Below, one piece after another: positions 29,717 through 38,048 of a stretch of 64,000 nt of DNA. Source of the stretch: Terriglobia bacterium. Lineage in GTDB: Bacteria; Acidobacteriota; Terriglobia; JAJPHL01; JAPKYU01. The position numbers and the translations under genes were made by a program. Location: the NCBI GenBank assembly GCA_965223005.1, contig CBDCVK010000010.1, positions 992,001 to 1,056,000 on the forward strand. Direction: 5' to 3'. How positions within the stretch are numbered: the stretch's first letter is position 1; every line of letters starts with the position of its first letter. The notes under the pieces are model-generated. The model saw nothing but the letters and a program-made list of their open reading frames with translations. It did not search any database and had not been told where the DNA came from.

Positions 29717-31260
29717 TGTTCCTTTGGTTTCTTAGGGGCGTTATGGTCCCGCTCGAGGAAGGCATTGGCCCAGGCGCTGGTGCCTCGCAGCGCTCCATTG
29801 CGGAAGACCACGGGCCGGTCGAGCATCTGCTCCTCCTCGCCATAGGCCTTCAGACGCTGGTAGGCGCGGCTCCAGATGCACTCCTTCTCCCCGACTTCGC
29901 ACAGGCCCTGCCGCGTTCCTCCGCAGGGACCGTTGCGTTGGTTCTTCACGCATTGCGACTCGGGACAGAGGTAGGCGATGTCCGGGAGGGAGCAGTCGCC
30001 GCAGTCCTGACAGTCGAAGGCTAGGATTTTGAATGCGTGCTCGGCCGTGTGCAGCGCCTTGCGTATCCGCGGCGATCCCTCCACCGACTGGTAGAGCGCC
30101 TTTCCCGCCCGGAACCCCGAGGAGCCCTGCTCGAATAGCTCCCCGTGCACCAGGCGGTTGAGCCGGTAGGAGAGCGGCGCGCCGGCCGGCGAGGCTTTCG
30201 AGCGTAAGTACTCGCGGTTGACCTCCGAGGAACTGAGGCCCGTCTTTGGATCGGGCTCAAAGTAGTAGAACTCGTCAGGCTGGGCGAAACGAATCTGGCG
30301 GGCAAACTCCTTCCAGTCATTGTCGCCGAAGCTGTCCCAGATCTGGAGGATCCGCTCGTAGTCTTCGAACCGCAGATGCCCCCCCAGGTAGACCCCCCGA
30401 TAGCCGAGTCCCCGGGCGATGGCGCACTGCTTGGCGGCGAACTCCAGGAAGAATGCCTTGCCCTTGTCGGGCGAGGCTCCCTGCTCCTCGGCCAGCCCCA
30501 GCAGTTCATCGGTGATCACGGCGCCGGGAATCCGGCCAGCGTGAAAGAAGCGTGAGGCGGGGGTGCTGAGGACGTAGACATTGCACAGAACGGGCACCTG
30601 GAGTCCCTTCAGCGCCATGTAGCGCAGTAACTCATCCTGCTTTCGCGCGTCGTAGCCGATCTGGTTGATGATGAAGCGGGCGCCGGCCTCGACCTTCTTG
30701 GCCAGCTTAAAGTACTGCGGCATCACCTCGCCCTCATAGCGCTTGTGGTTGTTCACCACCGCGCCGAGGAAAAATTTGGTCCCCTCCATGTGGGAGTACA
30801 TTTGCAGCAAACCGACCGAATCCGTGTCAAAGACAGGGGCGGCCTGGCCCTGGTAGCCGGTCACCGGGTAGTCACCGGACAGCGTCAGCACATTGTGGAA
30901 GCCTTCGCTCGCCAACTTCCAGCCGCGGCTCTCCAGCGCGTTGCGGTTCCAATCCTTGCAAGAGAGGTGAATGATGACCTCCTGGCCGCGGGAGATCAGG
31001 TCGGTGCCCAAGGTGTCAGCGCTAAGCATCGCGCTCCCGCCCGGGTTGTCCGTGATGCTGAGGGCATGGAAGCGCGGATGCTCGGCCAGCAACCGCGCCA
31101 TTTCCAGAACGCGGCGGCCGCTGCGCTCGATGATCAGACCGCGGGAAGTCACCAGCTCGACCACAATGAGGAAGCTGGAGGTTTCCTCCATCTGGTAGCG
31201 GAACGTTCGCTTGCTCCAGGCACCGGAAGTTGGCCGCGTGGGCCCGGGAGATGCGCTCAC
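29713..31260 (-). CDS. metF: Methylene-THF reductase fused to C-terminal MetV-like Cys-rich domain
   Basis: ITDNPGG, HLSCKDWN, LSGD, KKVEAGA; then CQDCGDC...CPESQCVKNQRNGPCGG...CE...CIW. Confidence 0.85.
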   Translation of the reverse strand: MSASPGPTRPTSGAWSKRTFRYQMEETSSFLIVVELVTSRGLIIERSGRRVLEMARLLAEHPRFHALSITDNPGGSAMLSADTLGTDLISRGQEVIIHLSCKDWNRNALESRGWKLASEGFHNVLTLSGDYPVTGYQGQAAPVFDTDSVGLLQMYSHMEGTKFFLGAVVNNHKRYEGEVMPQYFKLAKKVEAGARFIINQIGYDARKQDELLRYMALKGLQVPVLCNVYVLSTPASRFFHAGRIPGAVITDELLGLAEEQGASPDKGKAFFLEFAAKQCAIARGLGYRGVYLGGHLRFEDYERILQIWDSFGDNDWKEFARQIRFAQPDEFYYFEPDPKTGLSSSEVNREYLRSKASPAGAPLSYRLNRLVHGELFEQGSSGFRAGKALYQSVEGSPRIRKALHTAEHAFKILAFDCQDCGDCSLPDIAYLCPESQCVKNQRNGPCGGTRQGLCEVGEKECIWSRAYQRLKAYGEEEQMLDRPVVFRNGALRGTSAWANAFLERDHNAPKKPKEQ

Positions 31261-32888
31261 GGCTTCCCTCCGAACGCCGCAGGCATGGGCTTAAACTGGC
31301 AGCCCTCGACAAAGACGTCAAAAAAGTCGGGGGTCGTTTCCAGCTCAATGTGCTCGATGCCTTTGACCAGTTCCTCGATGGCGCGGCGCTTGCGCCGCGA
31401 CAGCAGGATCTGCCGCGCTCCGGCCACCGCGGCGTTGCCTACCTTGACGACGCGATCCTCGGGCACCGGCGCCAGGAACCCGATCTCGACGGCATGGCCC
31501 ACGTTGACGTAATTCGCGAAACCACCGGCCAGGTACAGCCGGCTGATGTCAGCCGGACGCACACCGAACCGGCGCAAGGCGATGTACTGGCCGCAGTAAT
31601 TGGCGGCTTTGGCCTGCGCCAGGTTGCTGGCGTCTTGCCGCGAGAAGGTGATGCCCTGCTCGGGCACGATGGGGAGCTCGTACTGCTTCTTGGCAAAGAC
31701 GCCTTTCGGCGTCATCAGCCCATGCCGGCGCAGCTCGGCGAGTAGATCGATCAGACCCGAGCCGCAGATTCCCTTCGGCGCGGCGTTGCCGATGGTCTGG
31801 TAGTCCCAGGTATTGCCGCTCAGCCGCAGCGCCTCGATGGCTCCGTCGCCGGCGGTCATGCCGTACTTGATGAGCCCACCCTCAAAGGCTGGACCCGCCG
31901 GGCAGGAAGTGGCCAAAAGCCGGCCGGCATGGCCCACCACTACCTCTGTATTGGTGCCCACATCCACCAACATGACCGGGTCGCGTTGGGAGGCGATATC
32001 GATCGCGACCAGGTCGGCGAGGGTGTCCGCCCCCACGTGGCTGGCCACCAGGGGAGCCCCCACGACACGGGCCTTGGGATGCGTCAGCAGGCCCAGGCGG
32101 TGAGCCAGCTCGGTCAGCGCCGTCGTTGTGCGCTGCCCGGCCAGGTATTCGTGCTCGACCAGCGACTTGTAGGGTTTCTGGCCGATGGACTGCACGTCCA
32201 GATTGAAGAACAGGTCGCGCATCGTAGAGTTGCCGACCAGAATGGCCTCGTAAATCTCATGGCGCACGATTCCCAGTGTCTGACACATCGCCCGCAGCTC
32301 GTAGTTGACTGCCGTGATCACACTCTTGTGGAGTTCACCCTGGAATGGGCCGGAATCGTAGGAGATGCGGTGCATGATGTCGCTGCCGCCGAAGCGCTGA
32401 GGGTTCTCCAGCGAGCCCAGGCAGGCGACCGCGCCCGTCTCCAGGTCCACGAGCTCGACAACAATGGTGGTGGTACCCAGGTCAATGGCCAGGCCGTAAA
32501 GGTGGCCGCGGTAGTGGTCAACCACCTCGCCGTCGTAGAGGACTTTGTCGCCGGCGCGGGTGACCAACGGATCCAGTTCAACTGCGGTGGCGGCGGAACT
32601 GGTCAGAATCTGCGGGCGGCGGCGGAGCAGTTCGAACGCAACGTCAATGTCGGGATCTTCGACCACCGCCTGGCAGGCCAGCCGGTAGTTCTCCCGCAGG
32701 AACTCTTCCGCCTCGGTGCGCGGACATAAGGCCTCCACGCCGCGCTTGATTTCCACGATGCATTCGTGACAGATGCCGCTGCGGCCGCAGGAGGTGGGCA
32801 CCTGCACGGCGAGATCGTCGGCATAGTCGAAAACGGTGCGGCCCCGCTCCAGGCTGCAGCGGCTGCTGTCATAGGAGATGTGGGCCAT
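31257..32888 (-). CDS. ASKHA-type reductive activator of corrinoid enzymes (RACE/RACo) with N-terminal 2Fe-2S domain
   Basis: CGRSGICHEC...RLACQ; IDLGTTT; DVGTNTE; AGPAFEG; GICGSG; AGGF. Confidence 0.93.
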   Translation of the reverse strand: MAHISYDSSRCSLERGRTVFDYADDLAVQVPTSCGRSGICHECIVEIKRGVEALCPRTEAEEFLRENYRLACQAVVEDPDIDVAFELLRRRPQILTSSAATAVELDPLVTRAGDKVLYDGEVVDHYRGHLYGLAIDLGTTTIVVELVDLETGAVACLGSLENPQRFGGSDIMHRISYDSGPFQGELHKSVITAVNYELRAMCQTLGIVRHEIYEAILVGNSTMRDLFFNLDVQSIGQKPYKSLVEHEYLAGQRTTTALTELAHRLGLLTHPKARVVGAPLVASHVGADTLADLVAIDIASQRDPVMLVDVGTNTEVVVGHAGRLLATSCPAGPAFEGGLIKYGMTAGDGAIEALRLSGNTWDYQTIGNAAPKGICGSGLIDLLAELRRHGLMTPKGVFAKKQYELPIVPEQGITFSRQDASNLAQAKAANYCGQYIALRRFGVRPADISRLYLAGGFANYVNVGHAVEIGFLAPVPEDRVVKVGNAAVAGARQILLSRRKRRAIEELVKGIEHIELETTPDFFDVFVEGCQFKPMPAAFGGKP

Positions 32889-32892
32889 CTTT

Positions 32893-32928
32893 GCTCAGGA
32901 GGTTCCCGGGGCTCAGGAGGTTCCCGGG
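32893..32928. repeat. Perfect 18-bp tandem duplication
   Basis: gctcaggaggttcccggg x2. Confidence 0.9.
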
Positions 32929-32929
32929 G

Positions 32930-33172
32930 TCAGGCAGTTTCCCACGCCTTTCGGTAATCCAGCTTGTCGTCGCTGGCGCACACGGGCAGCTCCCCAGCCT
33001 GCTTGGGCTTGCGCTTGTTGCGGCAGCCAAACTGCGCCGTGCATTGGTCCAGGCGGTTCTTGTAAGGGCAACGCCGGAGAGACAGCTCGTCGGCGTGCGC
33101 CGCGATCCCCGTCAGGATTTCGGTGAGCCGGTCCAGGCGTTTTTGGTACTCGTGTTGGTCGATTTTCTCCAT
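32930..33172 (-). CDS. Hypothetical 80-aa four-cysteine protein
   Basis: Fills the operon gap exactly; Cx8Cx5Cx14C. Confidence 0.8.
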   Translation of the reverse strand: MEKIDQHEYQKRLDRLTEILTGIAAHADELSLRRCPYKNRLDQCTAQFGCRNKRKPKQAGELPVCASDDKLDYRKAWETA

Positions 33173-33188
33173 GCCGTCGCCCTAGAGT

Positions 33189-33938
33189 CTAGACCGGCAC
33201 CCCCATCAGCCGCTTGGCTAGCGCGACGCAGGCCATCGCGTCCTTGCCGTAACCGTCGGCTCCCATGTCGTCGGCAAAGTCCTGTGTGACAGGCGCGCCG
33301 CCGACCATGATTTTCACGTTGTCCCGCAGGTCGGCGTCAATAAAGGCTTCGATCGTCTTGCCCATGTTGGGCATGGTGGTGGTCAGCAGCGCGGACATCC
33401 CCATCAGGGGGGCCTCGTGCTCCTCGACGGCCTCAATGAACCGGTCCGCCGAGGTGTCCACTCCCAGGTCAATCACCACAAAGCCGGTGCCTCGCAACAT
33501 CATGATGCACAGGTTCTTGCCGATGTCGTGCAGGTCTCCTTTGACGGTGCCCATGACCACCTTGGCAATGGGCTTAACGCCGGAGGCCGACAGGATGGGC
33601 TCAATGTAGGCCATGCCCGCCTTCATTGCCCGAGCGCAGGCCAGAACTTCCGGCACAAAGATGAAGTTCTCCCGGAACTTGATGCCGACAATCCCCATGC
33701 CGGCAATCAAGCCGTCGTCCATCACCTCCAGCGCCACGGTCCCTGCCTCCAGCTCCTCTTTGGTCAGTTGATCCACCGTGCCGTTGTCACCGTCAATCAG
33801 CGCCGCCGCGATGGTCTGCATTTTCGGCCTGACCTTCGCGAAGGTGTCAATCATGCGCTGCCGCTCTTCGGGACGCTCGATGTACTCTTCGATCTCCTGC
33901 CGGATGAAGTCGTTGGAAATGTCGCTGAGCTCCGCCAT
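33189..33938 (-). CDS. Corrinoid (B12-binding) protein, MtaC/MttC-like
   Basis: Cap FVPEVL; GDLHDIGKN (DxHxxG); SALLTTT; VGGAPV. Confidence 0.95.
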   Translation of the reverse strand: MAELSDISNDFIRQEIEEYIERPEERQRMIDTFAKVRPKMQTIAAALIDGDNGTVDQLTKEELEAGTVALEVMDDGLIAGMGIVGIKFRENFIFVPEVLACARAMKAGMAYIEPILSASGVKPIAKVVMGTVKGDLHDIGKNLCIMMLRGTGFVVIDLGVDTSADRFIEAVEEHEAPLMGMSALLTTTMPNMGKTIEAFIDADLRDNVKIMVGGAPVTQDFADDMGADGYGKDAMACVALAKRLMGVPV

Positions 33939-33959
33939 AGTGTGTTCCTAAGCCCGTTC

Positions 33960-34997
33960 CTAGTTGGCCGAGGCGTGCTGCCGGTGCCACTCGCGCACGG
34001 CCCCGGGAATCTCCTTAAGGTTCTCGACCGTAGTCTGCAGCGGGATGGCGCACTCCGGGCCCACCAACTGCACGCCCGCGTCCAGGTTCTTCCAAACCTC
34101 TTGCCGGACTTCCTCAGGGCCCCTCGAATACAGGATCTCCGGATTGTTGATGTTTCCCACCAGCGAGATGCGGTTCTTCATGATCGCCATCGATTCGGCG
34201 GGGTCGTTCTTGGAATCGTAGTGAAACGCCGCGAATCCGGTCTGCGCAATGTACTCCATGCGGTCCAGCGTGCGGCCACAGATGTGCATAATCAGCGGAA
34301 TCGGAATCCGCTCGGCAAACTCGATGTGCATGTCGCGCAGGTAGCGCCGGTAGTACTCGCCGCTGACCAGGTCGCCGGTGGCGTGGTCGGGCAGAGTCAG
34401 GGCATCGGCGCCCGCTTCGATCTGGGCCAGGCCAAAGTCAATGGTGACCTGCTTGAGTGCCTCCAGGCACTGCATGGTCTTGCCCGGATCATCCAGCGAC
34501 AGCAGCAGAAACGGCTCCACGCCGAAGCAGTGGTAGGCCAGCGACCAGGGTCCCATCGTCTTGCCGACGATCGCCACCTCGTCGCCGAACTCTCGGCGCA
34601 GAATCTTGATGGCCTGGATCACGCACTGCATGTCGGGATGCTTCAGCACGTCCGCGGGAATCCGGATGTCTTCCGGCTTCTCGAAGATCGGCTCGCGCAT
34701 TTTCACCGTCGGCCAGTTGTCTTTCTGCTCCCACTGGATCTTGCAGCCCAGTGCGGAAGACTCCTGAATGATGCTGAAGACCGGCATGATGGTGTCGAAG
34801 CCGAACTCGGTGTGTCCGGTGGCGGCCAGCCGCGCCATCAGTTCCGGCTTGCGGTTGGCGTCCGGGAAGGGTGCGTCCACCAGATCCATCATCTCCACCG
34901 TGGCCACCGAGGTGGGGTTGCAGACCGGCGTGCGGTCCACCGGCTCGCGGCGCAAGGCGGCCAGCACGCGCTGGCGACTCGTCATTGGTCCGACCAT
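33960..34997 (-). CDS. MtaA/CmuA-family (UroD-fold) methylcobamide methyltransferase
   Basis: RVLAAL..EPVDRTP; GPWSLA; HICG and GPEC Zn ligands; GNINNP. Confidence 0.9.
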   Translation of the reverse strand: MVGPMTSRQRVLAALRREPVDRTPVCNPTSVATVEMMDLVDAPFPDANRKPELMARLAATGHTEFGFDTIMPVFSIIQESSALGCKIQWEQKDNWPTVKMREPIFEKPEDIRIPADVLKHPDMQCVIQAIKILRREFGDEVAIVGKTMGPWSLAYHCFGVEPFLLLSLDDPGKTMQCLEALKQVTIDFGLAQIEAGADALTLPDHATGDLVSGEYYRRYLRDMHIEFAERIPIPLIMHICGRTLDRMEYIAQTGFAAFHYDSKNDPAESMAIMKNRISLVGNINNPEILYSRGPEEVRQEVWKNLDAGVQLVGPECAIPLQTTVENLKEIPGAVREWHRQHASAN

Positions 34998-35018
34998 CTC
35001 CTTCTCCTCTCTTTCCCT

Positions 35019-35654
35019 CTACGCTTTTTGCTGGCTCGGCGCGACCAACTGGCCGCGGGAGGCAGCCGCCTCTTCTTCGCGCAACACCGCGCGCAGGTTC
35101 AAGGTGCGAACCAGCAACAACCCGACCAGCGCATCGTGGGTCTGCCCGCAGGGGAATGCCACCCGGTCGGCGCTGCCTTCCACCGGCGACATCTCGGCCA
35201 GCTTCCGGAATCCGGCTGCGATGGCTTCCACCCGCTTAGACTTGTCTTCCTCGGGCCCGTCTGCCGTTACCTGGTAGACCCCCGCCCCCAGGCTCGCCAC
35301 GACGATGTTTCGGCCCGATCGTTTGTCAAAGGCGCGGAGCGGCTTCGGTTCGAGCGCCGGGGTGGAGGGCAGCTTGCATGCCTCCAGAAAACCACGCTTG
35401 GCCCCAGCCTGGTGCGCCGAGCCACAGGAGAAGCGGAGCCGAACGTCCGTCCGCTCCGCCCCCGCCAGGTTCTCGAGCGCCCGGGCCACAAATTCGATTC
35501 GTTCGCGAACGCCTTCCAGCCGGCTGTAGCTGTGCACCAAGTATTCCGGCTGGTGACCGCCATCCTGGCGATAGAGAGCAACGGTGATGTCCTGGCAATG
35601 GGGATCCATCGGGACCAGTTCGACGCGTTTACCCAGATCCAGCGTTAGGCCCAT
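35019..35654 (-). CDS. Hypothetical protein, first gene of the methyltransferase operon
   Basis: AGGAGG RBS before ATG 35654; two FxCGxxH repeats. Confidence 0.82.
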   Translation of the reverse strand: MGLTLDLGKRVELVPMDPHCQDITVALYRQDGGHQPEYLVHSYSRLEGVRERIEFVARALENLAGAERTDVRLRFSCGSAHQAGAKRGFLEACKLPSTPALEPKPLRAFDKRSGRNIVVASLGAGVYQVTADGPEEDKSKRVEAIAAGFRKLAEMSPVEGSADRVAFPCGQTHDALVGLLLVRTLNLRAVLREEEAAASRGQLVAPSQQKA

Positions 35655-35717
35655 AGTCAGGATCCTCCTGGCAGAGAGTGCCGGCCGGCAGGGAGTCAAG
35701 CCGGAAGGGAATCAGGT

Positions 35718-35747
35718 TTGACATCCTGCCTGCTTGTCTGCTAAGCT
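35718..35747 (+). promoter_or_regulatory. Putative sigma70 promoter for gntR-purU
   Basis: TTGACA-18nt-TAAGCT with extended TGn; GTATAC palindrome at 35757-35762. Confidence 0.55.
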
Positions 35748-35807
35748 GACACTTCAGTATACCCCAGTTGGCAGCAAGCTGTAAAGCCCCAGGAAGGTGT
35801 CAAGCCG

Positions 35808-36626
35808 ATGGTTGAGTCTCTCCAGCCAGTCGCTCGCAGGTTGCTCAGCGAGGGTATCGTCGAGCAGATCACCGCTATGATTGCGCGCAACGTGTTCCAG
35901 CCGGGCGACCGCCTCCCCTCCGAGAAGGAGCTCTGCCGGCAGTTCCGGGTGGGCCGGACCTCGGTTCGGGAAGCACTGCGGTCGCTCTCGGTGATGGGGA
36001 TCCTGGAATCGCACGCGGGCGAAGGAACCTTCGTTTGCCTCAACCCGGGCCGCTATCTGGAGCGGGCCTTTCAGTGGGGCCTGCTGCTGGACCGCAAGGT
36101 AGTCGAGGACCTGGTGGAAACCCGGTTGATGCTGGAGTCGCAAACGGCCGATCTGGCTGCCCAGAAGGCAACGAAGAAAGACCTGAGCGACATCGAAGTG
36201 GCCCTTCAGGGCATGGAGAAATCGCTGGCCGATCCGGAGAAATACCTGGAAAGTGACCTGCGGTTCCACCTGGGCATCGCCCGGGCGACGCAGAACTCGA
36301 TCCTACACAACCTGCTGACCACCATCCGGGGCTATCTGCAGGCCTTTATCCGGGAGACCCTGGCGTCTTCCCCGGCCAGCGACTCGACCCGGCGAGCCGC
36401 TGTTTCCCTCGCCGAGCACAAGAAAATCTTGCGAGCCCTCAAGAAAGGTGACCCCGAGGAAGCGCGGCGGGCCATGACCGAGCACATCGTTTCCTCGCGA
36501 GACGATCTGAGGAAGCATCTGTCGAACCGTCCCCATGCGCGAGACCGCGACGTTGTTAGTCTTCTGCCCCGACCAGAAGGGGCTCGTGGCCAGGATTTCC
36601 GGGTTCATCTTTCGCCACGGCGGTAA
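35808..36626 (+). CDS. GntR/FadR-family transcriptional regulator
   Basis: GDRLPSEKELCRQFRVGRTSVREAL wHTH plus FCD domain. Confidence 0.93.
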   Translation: MVESLQPVARRLLSEGIVEQITAMIARNVFQPGDRLPSEKELCRQFRVGRTSVREALRSLSVMGILESHAGEGTFVCLNPGRYLERAFQWGLLLDRKVVEDLVETRLMLESQTADLAAQKATKKDLSDIEVALQGMEKSLADPEKYLESDLRFHLGIARATQNSILHNLLTTIRGYLQAFIRETLASSPASDSTRRAAVSLAEHKKILRALKKGDPEEARRAMTEHIVSSRDDLRKHLSNRPHARDRDVVSLLPRPEGARGQDFRVHLSPRR

Positions 36627-37389
36627 CATTCTGGACGCCGACCAGCACACGGATCTCGAGACCGGGGTGTTTCTGGCGCGGATGGAATGGGATCTGGAGG
36701 GGTTCGAGATCCCGCGCGCGCAAATCGCCGCGCGTTTTCAGCCGCTGGCCCAAGAACACCAGATACAGTTCGAGGTCCACTTCAGCGATGACGCTCCGAA
36801 ACTCGCGATCTTCGCCTCCGGGATGCTGCATTGCCTCCAGGATCTGCTGCTCCGGCACCGGGCCGGCGAGTTCCAGGCCGAGATCGCAATGGTCCTCAGC
36901 AATCATCTGGAGGCCAATGCGGTGGCGCAGGAGTTCGGAATCCCGTTCCTTCACTTCCCCATTACCGCGGCCAGCAAGAAGGAGCAGGAGGCCAGGGAGA
37001 TCGACGAGCTGCGGGCCAGAGGAATTGACCTGATCGTGCTGGCCCGCTATATGCAGATTCTGAGCGAGGATTTTGTCGCCGCCTTTCACAACCGGATCAT
37101 CAATATCCACCATTCCTTTCTTCCGGCCTTTGCGAGGGGCCAAGCCTACCACCAGGCTTTCCAACGTGGGGTGAAGCTGATCGGAGCCACCTCTCACTAC
37201 GTGACAATGGATCTGGATGAAGGTCCGATCATTGACCAGGAGGTCGTGCGCGTGAGCCATCGTGACTCAGTCCAGGATCTGATTCGCAAGGGGAAGGATC
37301 TGGAACGAGTGGTTCTGGCCCGCGCAGTGCGCCTGCACCTGGCTCATCGGGTGTTGACTTACGGGAACAAGACCGTTGTTTTCGACTAA
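36535..37389 (+). CDS. purU: Formyltetrahydrofolate deformylase
   Basis: CPDQKGLVA ACT domain; LARYMQIL, INIHHSFLP, GATSHYV, LDEGPII. Confidence 0.96.
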   Translation: MRETATLLVFCPDQKGLVARISGFIFRHGGNILDADQHTDLETGVFLARMEWDLEGFEIPRAQIAARFQPLAQEHQIQFEVHFSDDAPKLAIFASGMLHCLQDLLLRHRAGEFQAEIAMVLSNHLEANAVAQEFGIPFLHFPITAASKKEQEAREIDELRARGIDLIVLARYMQILSEDFVAAFHNRIINIHHSFLPAFARGQAYHQAFQRGVKLIGATSHYVTMDLDEGPIIDQEVVRVSHRDSVQDLIRKGKDLERVVLARAVRLHLAHRVLTYGNKTVVFD

Positions 37390-37497
37390 GCCCCGGGGCC
37401 TACCACCCTCCTTAACGCACGGCTGCGGATGATCAGTTACGCCTTGTTTGGTAGCTTCCTTCCGCTATAAAATAGGGCGCTCCCCGGGGAGGACATT

Positions 37498-38028
37498 ATG
37501 GGTGCCGCACTGACTGCAGGATTGTCCAGGCTGGTTGATGAAGCCGGCAAGTCCGGAGGGGGTCTGTCCGGGCAGGTTCTGGAAAAAATTGTCGCCGAAC
37601 TCGCCAAGGCCTTCCATGTAAAATTGGACGAAGTGGCCGTTTTGCACCTGACCCACGGCGGCTCCTTGCTTTCCTTTATTTATCCGTTAAAGCTGCAAAA
37701 AGTGGGCAACATCCCGATGACCAGCACCTCCTCACTAGCGGTGCGGACCGTGCGCGAGAAGCGGCCGGAAATGATCAACAATTTCCCCGCCCAAAAACAC
37801 CCGACAATTTTTGAGGCCATCGCACTGAGCGCCGAGACCAAGGGCAGCCCCATTCAGAAGATTATGAGCGCCCCCTTGGTGGTGGATGGCAAGGCGGTAG
37901 GGGTGATCCAGGTCTCTCGCAAGGGCAAGACCGCCCCGGCATCGGGTCCTGATTTCACCATCAAAGACCTTACCACTATGATTTCCGTGGCCGGGGTACT
38001 GGCGAAGGCTTTCAAAGGCGCCAAGTAG
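37498..38028 (+). CDS. Stand-alone GAF domain protein
   Basis: IMSAPLVVDGKAVGVIQV; GGAGG RBS. Confidence 0.8.
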   Translation: MGAALTAGLSRLVDEAGKSGGGLSGQVLEKIVAELAKAFHVKLDEVAVLHLTHGGSLLSFIYPLKLQKVGNIPMTSTSSLAVRTVREKRPEMINNFPAQKHPTIFEAIALSAETKGSPIQKIMSAPLVVDGKAVGVIQVSRKGKTAPASGPDFTIKDLTTMISVAGVLAKAFKGAK

Positions 38029-38048
38029 TCGGTCCCACCTCTCAGGTC

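Noticed and set aside
33417-35648. 743-aa plus-strand ORF
   Set aside because: Antisense shadow of three well-supported minus-strand genes; no motifs; typical of high-GC codon bias
28389-35654. Pyrrolysine/selenocysteine readthrough or Wood-Ljungdahl pathway
   Set aside because: All ORFs are full length without internal stops; no MttB, acsB/C/D or CODH genes in the window
35655-35807. Cobalamin riboswitch ahead of the B12 operon
   Set aside because: Spacer is only ~150 bp, holds promoter elements and shows no recognisable B12 box
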